In this document: positions 38,431 through 51,510 of the stretch, in pieces | Layout of the letters: each line of letters begins with the position of its first letter | How positions within the stretch are numbered: the stretch's first letter is position 1 | NCBI GenBank assembly: GCA_051362555.1 | Contig: CM120643.1 | Coordinates: 22,076,848-22,140,847 of the forward strand | Length of the DNA: 64,000 nt | Direction of reading: 5' to 3' | Source: Lingula anatina | Taxonomy: Eukaryota; Animalia; Brachiopoda | The notes under the pieces: generated by a model | The model's database searches: none | Told to the model about the DNA's origin: nothing | Seen by the model: the letters and a program-made list of their open reading frames with translations, nothing else | Program-made: the position numbers and the translations under genes

Positions 38431-41400
38431 GGGGGCGCCACTAATTGAGCAGCCCAGAATATTTTGTAGCTCTCGTTTTTGCTCTGTTTTTGCCAGTCAA
38501 ATGTAATTTTACCCATCTACCTACAGACAGTAATGTTCATTAATGGTCCAGGACTTCTATGGATTACTTGGCTGTTGGTTTATGTTGCTACTACTGAAGA
38601 ATTTCTGGTGACTTTTTCTCCAAGGATTGCTACAGATAATTCATCCACTGGGACTACCAGACAGAGCTATTCCACTATACCAGTACACTTGACAGCAAGT
38701 CTCAACAAATTGCAATTTGAATACCAGTACTGTGCCCCAGGACAAGCAATTATGTGCCTTGATGCTGCTGAGAGACCTGTTCCAATCATATCTTATACCC
38801 GGGATGATCTAACCAAATTAAAGCCTGAGGGTAGCAAACTATCTGATCAAGTATGGGCCACGATAACCTGTCATAGGATAAACAAAAACTGTAGGGGAAG
38901 CAGAGGAGGGGTGACTCACAGAAGAAGGATAAAATGTTGCTTGCTGAATTCAACACACAAAGAAAGGCAGGTTGATGCTGATAGTATGCGCTCTGGCCCA
39001 AACATTCATAACTTAAAACTTGTGACATATACAGTGACTGCACTTGTTCCATCTTTTAAACTTGCATTAATGAATTGTAGATCCGTGCGAAATAAAGGCG
39101 CAGCAATATGTGATTACATCCAGGAATATGACATTGACATCGTATCTATGGTCGAAACTTGGATTACTCCAGATCTAGAACAACATCTTCAAGCAGAAAT
39201 AACTCCAACAGGCTATCAATGCCTACAGATACCACGACTAACTCAAGGGATAGGTACAAGGTTAAACAGCAGCCAAAGAGGAATGACTCAGTCACTTTCG
39301 AATACATCGAAGTCTTAGCCTCGGCCATATCTGAGACATTGCGCATAGTGACAATTTACAGAATAACCCCATCTAAGTCAAATAAGCTACGCAAATGTTC
39401 TTTCCTAGCTGAATTTGCAGATCTCCTAGAACTTCTAGCACCATACGCGCAAAACTACTTATCATCGGTGATTTTAACCTACACTGGGAGAATAAGAACG
39501 ATTCAGAAACAAAACAATTTGCCTCATTAATTGAATCTTTTGGTTTGATTCAGCATGTATCTGCCCCAACCCATACGTATGGCCATACCATAGACCTCGT
39601 TCTGTCCGAAGAGAGTGACCAACTTGTAGCTTCTTGTGACGTAAGTCAATTGCTTTCCGACCATCACATTATAAACCCTGAACTTAGATGTGGCAGACCT
39701 CCTGCAAAAAAGGAAAGGGTATCATACCGGAAACTCAAAGACATTGATACAGTCCGGCTAAAAAAGGAGGTTTCATTCCAGCTGGAAGATAAATGTCTTC
39801 TGAATAAAGGCCCTGACGAGTGTGTGAGGCTCTGTGACAGTGCGTTAACAACGGCATTGGACAGTTTTGTACCTGTTCAAACTAAGTCACTTGTAAAAAG
39901 ACGCTTAAAACCATGGATGAATGAAGACATTCCCATTGCTAAGAGGGCAAGAAGAAAGGCTGAAAACACCTGGCGTCGAAGCAAGTTGTCTGTGCATCAT
40001 CAAATCTACAAACAAAAGTGTTATCATATTAATCAGCTAATTCGACAAGCAAAGGAAACCTATTATTCTGACATGATTCGTGAATGTAATGGTGACAGCA
40101 AGGCAATTTTTAACACTGTTAATACCATCCTAGGCAAGAATATGTGTGCTACACTACCTGCAGCAAGATCTCTGAAGGACTTGGCGAATAGCATGAGTAA
40201 CTTTTTCACATCTAAAGTTAGTGACATCTATGCCAAACTCAATGATCTGGAAAAAAACATCACATCTCACCACCTCAAGGTTTCTCACAGAACCAAAATC
40301 ACCTTTGCTAGTTTTTCCCAAGGCAACTTCTGATGAAGTGACAAAAATCATCAATAACTCAAAAAAGACAACATGTATCTTAGACCCAATACCAACACCA
40401 TTGCTAATTCAGATCATGCCAGCTGTAATTGACCTAATCACCTACATTGTAAATACTTGTTTCATTAATGGAAATTTCCCGGATGTGCTGAAATCTGGAA
40501 TTGTTCGACCTTTACTAAAACAAAACCAACCTTGATCCCGACCTTATGCTGAACTATAGACCTATATTAAATATTTCATTCCTTTCTAAGGTGATTGAAA
40601 GAGTAGTTGTTGTGAGATTGTACGACCACCTAAACAATAACAACCTTGTTGAGGAAATGCAATCTGCCTATAAGTCAAAACACAGCACAGAGTCAGCTCA
40701 TCTGAGGATTAAAAATGATCTACTCATGGGCATTGACAACAACCCCAAATCTGATATGCTACTGTACTTATATTACTAGACCTTTCAGCCGGCTTCGATA
40801 CCGTTGATCACAGTACATTATTAACTTTTCTTGAGGATTGTGTTGGTATCAGGGATAAAGCCATTGCGTTTCTTCGATCATACCTCATTGGGAGGTCACA
40901 GCAAATTTCAGTAAATGACATTCTTTCCGATCTTTCACAACTTGTTTTTGGGGTGCCTTAAGGCAGTGTCCTTGGGCCACTTTTGTTTTGCATTTATACC
41001 CTGCCACTCGGTGCCATTTTACGTCATCACAAACTTGGAAACCACACGTATGCTGATGATACTCAGATCTAAACCTGCTGTGACATACAAAATCCTAAAC
41101 CATCTATGGATAAAATTACCAACTGTGTGGCTGATATTCGCGCCTGGCTTATCAACAACAAACTGAAAATAAACGACGGAAGAGTTTTATTAATCACGGA
41201 GCCACATAAGAAGCAACTTGCTCAAAATCTACAACTTGAATTACCAGTAGGCACCAGTGTTGTGAACCCATTACCACACGTGAAAAACCTGGGTGTCTAC
41301 TTTGACTCCACTCTCTCCATGTACAAACAAATATCAAATATCACTCAATCATGTATTTTTAACATTAGAAACATCGGTGCTATTAGAAACTATCTGGATC

Positions 41401-42116
41401 AATCTTCTGCGGCAACAGTTATTCGTGCTATGATCACCTCTCGTTTAGACTATTGCAACTCTTTACTTTATGGCTGTACCGACGAACGAATAAAAAAAAA
41501 CTGCAGCGAATTCAGAATATTTCAGCACGACTTTTAACCCGAACAGCCAGGGAGGAACATATCACACCCATTTTAAAGCAGTTACACTGGCTCCCAGTCA
41601 CAGCACGCATTTTATTCAAAATTTTAACTTTTATGCATGCAATTTTTTACCAATCAGCACCCCCCTATTTACAAAAACTAGTTCAACGCTATGTTCCAAA
41701 ACGCGCTTTAAGATCAGTCGATCAGCTTTTATAAACGCCTAGTAATTCCAGATTAAGAGCGTACGGTGATGTTGCTCTGCAGGTCTATGGGCCAATTGAG
41801 TGGAACAATCTCCCTATTTATTTAAAAACAATCGAGTCTGAGGACAATTTTAAAAAAGAATTAAAAACTTATATCTTCTAAAATGTTTTACAATTGACTT
41901 GACTGGCTGTTGTCTTTTACACTGTACAGTTTATTTTGGATATCTTATCAATTCAATTACATTTTAGTTCACATCTTTACTTCATATCTTATTATTTTAA
42001 CTACCTTTTCATTTATTTTAGTCATCTGATTCTGTTCATTTTACCCATGTAAAGTCTACTGAACATTTTATATATGGATTTTAGACTATAAATAAATATT
42101 ATTATTATTATTATTA
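38431..42116 (+). mobile_element. Near-full-length L2/CR1-group LINE, inactivated
   Basis: APE motifs (LMNCRSVRNK, VETW, GHTIDLV, SDH), RT motifs (NYRPI, QSAY, YADDTQI), LHWLP C-terminus, 3' stem-loop and (ATT)n tail. Many frameshifts. Confidence 0.93.
38479..41882 (+). pseudogene. LINE ORF2 (AP endonuclease + reverse transcriptase)
   Basis: ORF pieces 38479-39318, 39159-39530, 39545-40333, 40221-40535, 40546-40779, 41106-41537 and 41453-41734 are collinear parts of one ORF2. Confidence 0.92.
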
Positions 42117-44246
42117 ATATGTATTATTATTAACAGATTAATCATAACAGCTCCCATCATTATACTGTTATTATGTAATAGTATTGAAAGGTTCCAAGTT
42201 TTTATAAAGAGATTGATGCTAACGAATAACAAATAAATATAAGCATCACAGCATATTTCCTTACTGAAATATATCAAACGTACCACTGGTATAATACTGG
42301 TAGAGATACGGGTAAAGATGACAGCACTGATAACTGGGTTTACAGCGCTATTAGTGTCAGATTGTTATCTGATAAAGTTTGCTAGGTCTGGCACTTGACA
42401 ATCAAGTTGAAAATCGCAAAAACGCCGGTAGAAAATAGAGCATACCTGCCCAGCATTGATTTGTTCAGATTCTTGACTAAGGGGTGCGTTACTGGTGTCA
42501 AGGGCCAAGACTTCAACTTAGGGGTTTAGCATGTCACTCGACATTCCTCTCGAGTTCTGCCTAAATCTAATAAAGCCTCAGTTGCTTAACTTTCGCCAAA
42601 TTTCCAATATCTACAGGTTGTGTCGTTTAATGCTTGGTGTCTCTTCTATGGCGGCAGTTAACTGGAGACACCTGTGCGGCCTGTCAACGCAGCAAGACCC
42701 AATTTTGCCAGTACCACAATTTCCATTGCTGTAAATATCAAATTGTGAATAGAATGAGGAATAACGACAGTTATTTAAAATGTTTGGAAGAACCTTTCCC
42801 CTTAGTCAAAGTAACCATATGGGCTGTGCTGCCCCACCTCCACAGGCGAGACCTTGTGGAGGAAGCGTGCGTAATCCAGGGTGCAACTGAAAATAACCTT
42901 GTCGCGCGACCCTATTGCTACCTACGTTACGGTGAAGCACCAGCTGCGTTCATAAAAATGCCGTTGAGAGCGTGCACAGAGCCCAAACTCTAGAGGTGGA
43001 CGAAGCACAGAAATGTGCCAAATGTTGGCAAGAAGAAGAGTTAGTTGGACAGAGAATCAAAGAATCAAGCAGTTAAATGTTTTTACTCAGTTTAAGCCTC
43101 GGTCACAGCCAGATGCACGATTTTTAGGATCGTACGGCCCCTGCGAATTTTGTGTGCAGTGGAGGCCGTGGAGTTAGTAGAGGTAGAGGAAAGTTTGCAA
43201 TGGAAAGGCGCAAGTCTGCCTTACGAGTCGCAGGGTCGACATGAGAAGCAGGGACGCTAATTGCAAGGTGCGATGTACTCATTTCTCGAGTTTGTCTTGC
43301 TACATTGCTACACGCACTCACTATGTTTGAAGAGAATACTATGCATGGTAAATAATTTCCATTTGCTTGACACTTGCCTCACACGCTTGTATTGACGTAC
43401 TGACCGCGTACGTCATTTTTGCCTCCTGTACCCCTTCTTTCTTTTTCCTCCTTCCTTCTTTTTTGTTCTCTTAGCTCTTTTCCCTTGCCTAGGATACCGG
43501 CAGACACTCGTAGGCTGGTTCGAGTCCCAGCAGATCCTAGACGTAAATGTCCTTTTTACTCAGTTTAAGCCTCGGCGTATTAGAAGATGGATTGAGCAAA
43601 TTTTGAATTTTTTGAAATGTTGAACACGAGGCACAAGCGACATTTTTTGTCGAGACACGAGCGTGCATCGTGAGCACGCATTTTATACTTCTGGCGTAGG
43701 GGCGACGCACTTCCGCCATGCTTTCGACTGTGATCGGAAAATATTACAAAAACACGATTTTCTGGAGTTTCAAAGCACCCAAACAAAATATTTTAACATG
43801 ACAATGAGCAATGGTTCTATGTGATCGTCTAATCGATAACAGGTAAATTTCTCAGTTAAGCATTTTAGCTCTGTTAACCAGCCTGGCCATTAGTTCTAAA
43901 CACGTTGTCATAAAAAAATGGAAAAAATGAATTACTTATAAGACTATCGTTATTTTGCAAGGTTAAGCAGCGATAAATGTGTTGATGTGCCGTAATGCGT
44001 ATGTCACAGGAGACGAAGAGAATGGGGTGGTTAAACCACGTAAGTGAAGGATCATTACACATTAAACGTGCATCATGTGTCACTTTTACACGGATTCTGC
44101 TAATGAAAATGTATTACAGCGCAATATACTGATTTCTTCATAGAAATATATTTTCCACTTGAATACAAATCAAGATGAAGCACATTTTTTTTTCAAAATA
44201 AGTAAATCGCCGCAAGTCAGAAACGTCTATTTGTTTATAAGTCCTG

Positions 44247-44400
44247 GTCCCCGTTTCACAAAGAATCTTAAATCCGTAGTTGACTAGCTCGAGCTGAGTG
44301 ACCTAGCTAGGTCGACTACGCTGCAGTCGACTAGGAGTGTTTCACAAAGAGTTTAACGTCTTAGCTTGGCGTGCTTAACGTAGTCGACGCGCACGTGAAT
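44247..44400 (+). mobile_element. Left terminus of a second Harbinger family
   Basis: ctg|gtccccgtttcacaaag terminus followed by palindromic gtcgacta/tagtcgac subterminal motifs. Confidence 0.5.
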
Positions 44401-45294
44401 CTCTTCAAGTAAAGAAGGTGTAAAATTTCTAAAGTTTCATAAGACATGACGTTTCATGGCCTCTTTCGGCCGAGAACGATCGTTTATCAACAATAAAGGT
44501 CAGTCAAAACATAGTTTGTTTTTGAACTTTATTGATCAGTTTAACTTCAATGCAACTTCAAAGCAACAGTAAAACAGTAGCTTGTCTTGGAACCCTGCTG
44601 TCGCACATCTAGCGGTCAAAAACATAAACAAACCCGCGATCAGCTGGGTAAAGGTGTATTTTAATTTTTTTTTATTTAAAAATTCAATAAACGCCAGTGC
44701 TATTCAAGGACATTAACACGATATCTTAAATTTTGGAGGCATATTAGAAACAAAATTGAAAAAGAATTTGAAAATTTTGAAAATTGCTGTACACGTTACA
44801 TAGTCGATGTTCACGTAAAGACACACGTCGTGAGCACCCCTTTTATACACCAGGCGTGGGGGTGACGCACGTGCGACGCATTCCCGGGGTGCTCTCGACT
44901 TTGTTCGTTAGTTGTGAGGGCGTGCGCCTTACTCAACACTCAAAGGGCACTTGCTCCTGCATTGCTTGTGACGTGCGTCTTGCACAACGTGCGTCTCTCT
45001 TTCTAACTCCGTGCGAGGGGAGCAAGTTACGCTTGCGGCCTCGCTGTTCGCAGGCTATTCGTAAAAACTTTTGGACATGTCCAACATCCTCCGTACGTGC
45101 TTACGGGCTGTCTGCGAACTCGAAATTGCGTTAGAAGGCCTTGAGTGGGACGTGAGATTCTGCGCAAATTTTGGACGCAAACAGCCCGTTAGAGCCCGTA
45201 CGGCCGATTGTGACCGAGGCTTATGCAGAGACGTTAAATTAGGTCATACGCCATTGGACAGGTTAGGTAATTTTAGAATGGTCTTCCATAAGCA

Positions 45295-45594
45295 ATTTAT
45301 GGAGATCCGGCTTACCCCGTTAAAAGGTATCTGTTGAGTCCCCTCAGAGAAGAAGAAGAATTCAACAGGAAAATGTCCTCTGTGCGGGAATGCGTCGAGT
45401 GGGAGTTCGGAAACTTATTGTGAAACTTTGCCTTTCTGGACTTTCGAAAGAAATAAAAAGTTCTGTTGTCTACTGTAGCCAAGCGGTACTTGGTAGGCGG
45501 TCTTCTGGTCAGCTGCCATACCTGTGTGTATGGCAATCAGATGAGTCGGAACTTTTAACTAGATCCTCCCACCTTGGAGGACTATTTAGCATGA
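45295..45594 (+). pseudogene. Harbinger (HARBI1-like, DDE_Tnp_4) transposase C-terminus
   Basis: Manual translation IYGDPAYPVKRYLLSPLREEEEFNRKMSSVRECVEWEFG...FAFLDF...CHTCVYGNQMS..F..DPPTLEDYL with three internal stops. Confidence 0.85.
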
Positions 45595-45759
45595 ACTGTA
45601 CACGTGTACATTGTGCGTATGGAAAATTAAAGAGTAAAATGTAAAATTCATACCGCAAGCAAACATTTATTTAAATGAAATCTTGAATAAAAAACTAATG
45701 TTTAAACAAATATTCAGCCCATGTGTATCTGGTAGGCAGCAAGAGCCTAGTATGTCAAT

Positions 45760-45939
45760 TCAGCTTTTCTTCTTAACCAAAGACGTAACCATCTCCATCA
45801 TTTGTTTGTCTTTCTCAAATTGAGCTTCTCGCTCTTTCATTTCTTATTCAAAACGTTCTTTCTCGAAGGCCAACTTGTCTTTCAGGTAACTGACGTAATC
45901 TGCTGGTGAATCAGTACGGCACTTCTTAGTTGGCTGCAT
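45760..45939 (-). pseudogene. Probable C-terminus of the convergent Harbinger accessory gene
   Basis: MQPTKKCRTDSPADYVSYLKDKLAFEKERFE*EMKEREAQFEKDKQMMEMVTSLVKKKS*, a charged coiled coil converging on the transposase. Confidence 0.5.
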
Positions 45940-47228
45940 GTTTTCGCAATTTTTAGCAGAAAAAAATAAGCGGGTCACCAATCAATGCAGCGTCAGTTTT
46001 TGTTACTGATATAATAAATATTAATCGATATTTGCTATTAGAGACAATTTCATGTAAAGAAAGATGTGCTGTCCTTACTTTTATTTATTATTCATTTATT
46101 CAAATACACAAAACAGGACGCCATGTGACTTTCTAAACAAGGCTTCATAAAAATTGCATTAAAAGTCAAGGAGACGCAGCCTGCGTACGTGGCACACACT
46201 CACCTCTGACGAAGAGAATGCAACTCACGGCGAAAGCGGTTCCCTTTTGCGTCACTTTTGCTTCACACATGCCTCACATGTTCGTGATTACGTAGTGGCA
46301 GTGTTTGTCAATTTTGCCTCCTGTTCTCCACTTCTTTCTTCTTCCAGAATCCTCATCCTTCCTTTTCTGCTCTCTAATTTTCTTTCTCTTGCCTTTTGAA
46401 AGCATATTAAAAGCTGAATTGAGCAAACATTGAAATTCCTGAGAATTACTGTACACGTTGCACAATCGACGTTCATGGTCGAGACACGAGCGTGCGCTGT
46501 TAACTGTGAGGGCGTTCGCCGTACTCAACACCCAAAAGGCACTTGCTCTTTCATTGTTTGCGACGTGCGTCTTGGACCACGCACGTCTCACTTGCGAACT
46601 CCTTGTGAACTCTTTGCGAGGTGAGCAAGGTGCCAAGCTGTTCGCAGATTATTCGTAGAATCTTTTGGACATATGTCCAATATTCTCCGTGCGTGCTTAC
46701 GGGCTGTCAGTGAACTCGAAATTTCGTAAGAAGGACTTGCGTGGGACTTGAGATGCTGCGGCAAATTTGGATGCGAACAGCCCGTAAGAGCCCGAACGGC
46801 TGGTTGTGACCGAGGCTTTATATGAAGTCTACGTTTTTGGAAAAAAAGAATGCCTTTTACCTAGGCATGCCTTTGCAACTAAAATATTCCGTATTATATG
46901 TCAAGTCTGTACTTTTTGATAAGAGGGGGAAGATAAACAGCCTCTGATCATTGTCTGTTAATTCATATTTTTTTCATTTGATAGGCGTTAAGTATGATTT
47001 CTTGTGCGCTTTCTCATATTTGCTACATGTGAAAGGAGGAAAAAATGTATCTCGATATATGCTTAACAGAATATGCTGGTTCTGTTTTAAGTGTTGGGGG
47101 GAATCTACTAATCGACAGTAGATGGTCACTTATTATTAGTTTTTTTCCATGAGCTTGTACAGGCATAATTTTTTACATTGTACTTCATTTACAGTTTTTT
47201 TTTTTCTTTTCTTTTCTTATTTATTCAG

Positions 47229-47407
47229 GGAGAAGAAGAAGGAGAAAAGTTTAAAAGACAGAGTGCTTATGTACAAACAAAAGTGGACAGGAAACAAAAA
47301 TACTGTGGAAAGTGTTCTGAAATAAATAAGCATCTAACAGCACAGATATGTCGGAAAAATGAGGAAATAAAAAGGCTGAACAAATCCTTGGAAGAAGCTA
47401 AACTCAG
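47229..47407 (+). CDS. Candidate isolated exon (CxxC followed by a coiled coil)
   Basis: Long polypyrimidine tract plus ttcag acceptor, open frame GEEEGEKFKR...YCGKCSEINKHLTAQICRKNEEIKRLNKSLEEAKL, and a CAG|GTATGA donor. Confidence 0.45.
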
Positions 47408-47650
47408 GTATGATAGTCGTGCAATGTACTGTCGCTGTAGACAATTTTTTCACTCATTCTCCACATTCTCTGTAAGTCCAATTAACAGTTTTTCAATTAA
47501 AAACAAGTTAGCGGAATAATTGTTTGACCATGTACAACTTTACTAACATCAGTCTAAAGAAACTTAAAAAAAAATAATAATTACTACATTTATCTGTTCA
47601 CATAAAACACGTAAACGGACTAAATTTTAAACCTTCGATACTTTCACTTA

Positions 47651-49077
47651 CACTGTAAAAACAGTGTTTAGCATTTAAATACAAACAACACACGTTAGAC
47701 ACCTATACGCATTTAGAAATCTGTGTAAATGCTAAACGCGTATAGCTTTTCAAACGTTTCACAGAAGAAAAAGCTAGACACGTTGGCATTGTTACACGTT
47801 TAGCTATGTGTTTAGCTTCACCGGCATATGATTCTATAACAAGTCTATCACAAGCTAAGCACATTGGCTAAGCACTTCCCCTGCTAAGCGCGTGAGGCTG
47901 CTAAACATATGGAGCTGCTTTAGGTGTGGAATTCCTTAACGCGTGGAGCTGCTAAACAACATGTTTAGCTTTTCAAGCTCGTCACAGAAAAAATGCTTCA
48001 CAATCCCATATATACGATCCCATAACAAGTTTATTACAAGACTCAACAATTTTGCTTAACACTTCCCCTTGTAAACATATGGGGCTGTTGGAGGCGAGAA
48101 GCAGCCTGCTCGAACGGGTTGTCCTTCCTTGCAGTAACGTGTGATTATTTAAAATAGGCCTATTAAGTAATAATCCAAATAACAGATAACGTTTTCACGA
48201 CGTTATCAGCTGGTTACATGATGGTGATGGTATAGAATAACGTCATGGTAACGTTATGGGTGTTTTTGAACTCCATGCAAAATGATGCCCTTGCAGTTTT
48301 ATAAGCGTTTTATAACATTCTGGTAAAACATTATTTAATCTTTTGAAAACTTTTTTTATTAATCACCAAAACACGTCTTATGCTGTATGAACTATAGTTA
48401 GCGGTTAATTCCAAAATGGTCTTGGGTTAGTCGGCGACTAGAGCGGTGCGATTTAAAAAATATTCGGACTATCGTTACCAAAATAACCAGCATGTGATGA
48501 AAGCTTAAATAAACCATTATAATGAATACCCCACCATCATCCTGATGTTCTATTGTTCATTACTTCCGGAAAAAATAAATGAACATCAATACCTTAACGC
48601 ATTTTATCAAAATATGAAAAAAATGTTTTAAAGTAAAAGTGATAGTTGTTTCTTGTCTTTAGTAAACTAGTGAATTTTCCTAACTTGTTTTTCAGAAATA
48701 TATTCCAATTAACTTCCTCGCAAGGTCAGCTAACACAAGGATGAATAAGTCCCGCTGTAAAGATGATGGTGTGAATCAACTATGTTGACAGTTCACGGTA
48801 CTCTGTTGTAGATAGAGATAGCTATAGCAGTTAAAGGTGACCGTGACTTCGCGCGCGCGCGCGCGCGCGTGTGTGTGAGAGAGAGTGACTGAAACAGTTG
48901 AAAACGTTACAACCTTAAAGTTAAACAAATACACCCTACATTTATTAGGCGTCAAGCACGTCAAAGCGTGTAACATGTTAATAGGCTAAACGTGTTTAGG
49001 TGCTAAACGCGTGGAAAAAATGAGACAAAACAGGCGCTTAGAAATGTGTCTCCGAGCTAAACACTGTTTTTACAGTG
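47651..49077. mobile_element. CACTG-terminal (EnSpm/CACTA-like) non-autonomous element
   Basis: Perfect 22-bp TIR cactgtaaaaacagtgtttagc, TA TSD, and many gctaaac subterminal repeats. Confidence 0.85.
48849..48885. repeat. Compound (CG)n(TG)n(AG)n microsatellite
   Basis: Seen directly. Confidence 0.9.
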
Positions 49078-49999
49078 TAGAGCCCATACCACATTCTCCA
49101 ATAGACCAATTTCATCTTTTCGATATTGCACTGTGGGAAAGTGAGTCCTTGTAATGTCAAAATAGTTGTGGCTGTACCAAGAACTTTGCTAGCGGTTAGG
49201 GAAGGGTGGGGCTAGTCGTGTGGGATTTTGTTTCAGTGTGACAGAATTTTAATATTTGTCAGGCCGAATGTCTGACATTACTTTATTTGGCGAAATTAGC
49301 TGTCCCACCTATTTAACATACAGCATTAGAAGGTGTTTTAACATAATTAAAATTATGTGTTTTAACGTAATTAAAAATACGGAAGAAAGACCACACATCT
49401 TATACCGAAAAACTGGACAAAAACACCTTGTGCTTATGGGCATTTTTACAATCCTGGGCTCCTTTTTTTCCCACCAAGGGTCAAAAATAGAAGTCATTAT
49501 TGTGTTGAAATTTGTACTTTTCTTGAAAGTATAGACCTGAAGGGTATAAGAAATGACAATCCCGAGATAAAACCTTGTGTATGTATAAAGATATGATTAT
49601 TTGAATTTTGAAAATCATTTTTTTTTTTATTTTCATAAGCTTAACCTTGAAGTGTGTGACTTTTATGGTAATTTAAGGTATTGATCTCCAAAAAACCACT
49701 TAGTTTTACTCAGAGATTATTGCTCTTTTATGTATTTGCAAAAAAAAAAAAAAATGGATGAAAATATCCAAAATTTGACGAATCAATGATATTTTGTAAT
49801 TTTCCTGTTGCAGTATTAAATGTGACTCCATGAAGCTTTTGATTCTGAGATATTCTGAGGACTACTGTACTTCTCTTAACCTTGCATTAGTTCTTTATGT
49901 AATGCTTCATGATTGTGTAAAATATTATTTTGCATGGACATGTGTGTTAATTGCAGTGTCATGTTAAAATAAATGTCCTTTCCGAAACATCCCCGTCGC

Positions 50000-51510
50000 C
50001 CCTACCTTCAGGAAGCTTATCCTCTGCTTGGATCACCGGCATTTTTTGTTATCTGACAAATTAGGGCAGATGTCAATTAACGTTTTAGCTATTAATTCTA
50101 AATTCACTTATATTTCGGGCTAAACTCCATGTCAGATTCATAGCCATGATGCAATGCCACCAGAGTAACAGTTTAAATTTCTATACATTCTATTTCGTTT
50201 TAAGCCTGATGTTTTTTATTATCAGTTGAAAACTTTTCCATGTTCAACTACGTAAACGTGTACGTACACTATTCTGGACTATTTTTTTTAGCAAACTACA
50301 CAAACAAATAGCACTAACTGCCCCTCCCTCCCCCCATAAACAAACACACCCCTCCTTGCTTACATTTTGCCGTTTTTGGGTCACTCGTTATTGCACACAC
50401 TGAAGATCTAAGGCACGTATGATACCATTCATTGTATAATAATCTATGCTAGCCTTCACATTTTACAGACTAAATTCTTCAGACCTTACAACACTTCCGG
50501 TCTCCTCGAAAATCTCCTCATCTAGAGACATATATCCTGATTCTTGGGGGGCGCGTGGGGGGAGCATAGTAAACGTCGAGTGATTCGTTAGCAGAGGAGT
50601 GTCTCACTATCAAATATGTAAATCATATGTCATAAAAACACTACAATAAAGTATTTTATTACGATCTGCAACATTTGTTTATTTATGTAGCAGGGCGAAG
50701 TTAGCGCCAGAGGTAAATAGTAACTCATTCCGTAATCCTTCTTGCACATTTATTTAATCGTATCAAAACGTTTGTTACACAATGTTCACTAGTGTAATAA
50801 TTTTGACGATTTATTAAAACCATATTTGTACAAAGTAGGTTAGCATAAATTAGGCAACAACAAGTATGAAGAAGAACTCTCTTTTTAAATGAGGCAAGGC
50901 AACCTATTTAAACTGATTATAACCTTGATAAAGACACAAGGCAAAGGAGTTATGCAAACTCGCGTGTGAAAACACATTCTTTGTCACTTTTACAAGACAA
51001 TGGAGGCGACCAAGTGGAGTAATTACAATATACCCAAGTACAGTCAAAGAGAATTTAGTTTTGAAAGCTTACATCGGGTCAGCCCTTTGCTTGTTCGAAG
51101 GAAAGAGGTAGATGTCGCGACGCGAATCCTTTTATTAACCCTTCATAAGTTTGTGTAAAAGTGTGAAAGACAGGCAACGATCTTGAGTCGCTGTTGATAT
51201 TGTTCGCAATTAATATTGGAGTATACCTCCTTCGCCTACATGTGATGTGCATGTACCTTACATGTTTAAATTCTTGATTTTTATTATTTGGAACATCTTT
51301 CATACGGCCTCATATTTATATTTCTCTCAGGCCATACTCATTTTATTTTATTACATGGGACTCTAAAGCACAGGGCATTGTGAAAGTTAATTGGCTACAG
51401 AGACTTGTTATCATTCATGCAGTTTTATAGCGTGGATGAACTAGAAACAGGCTTTACTTAGCTCTACTTACAGTCATAAGATTATGTATGTGTGCATTTA
51501 TTCCATCCAA
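50000..51510 (-). repeat. Family A reverse copy
   Basis: Reverse complement of 24270-24645, 21000-21835 and 23265-23305. Confidence 0.85.

Larger units (their letters stand above)
43095..46817. mobile_element. Harbinger-type composite/nest bounded by AGCCTCGGTCACA TIRs
   Basis: TTA on both flanks (43092-43094, 46818-46820). An extra right end at 45221. Three related internal segments (43400-43720, 44740-45221, 46300-46817). Confidence 0.7.

Noticed and set aside
42531-43070. GC-richer ORFs as a possible gene or LTR fragment
   Set aside because: No recognisable motifs, LTR pair or PBS.
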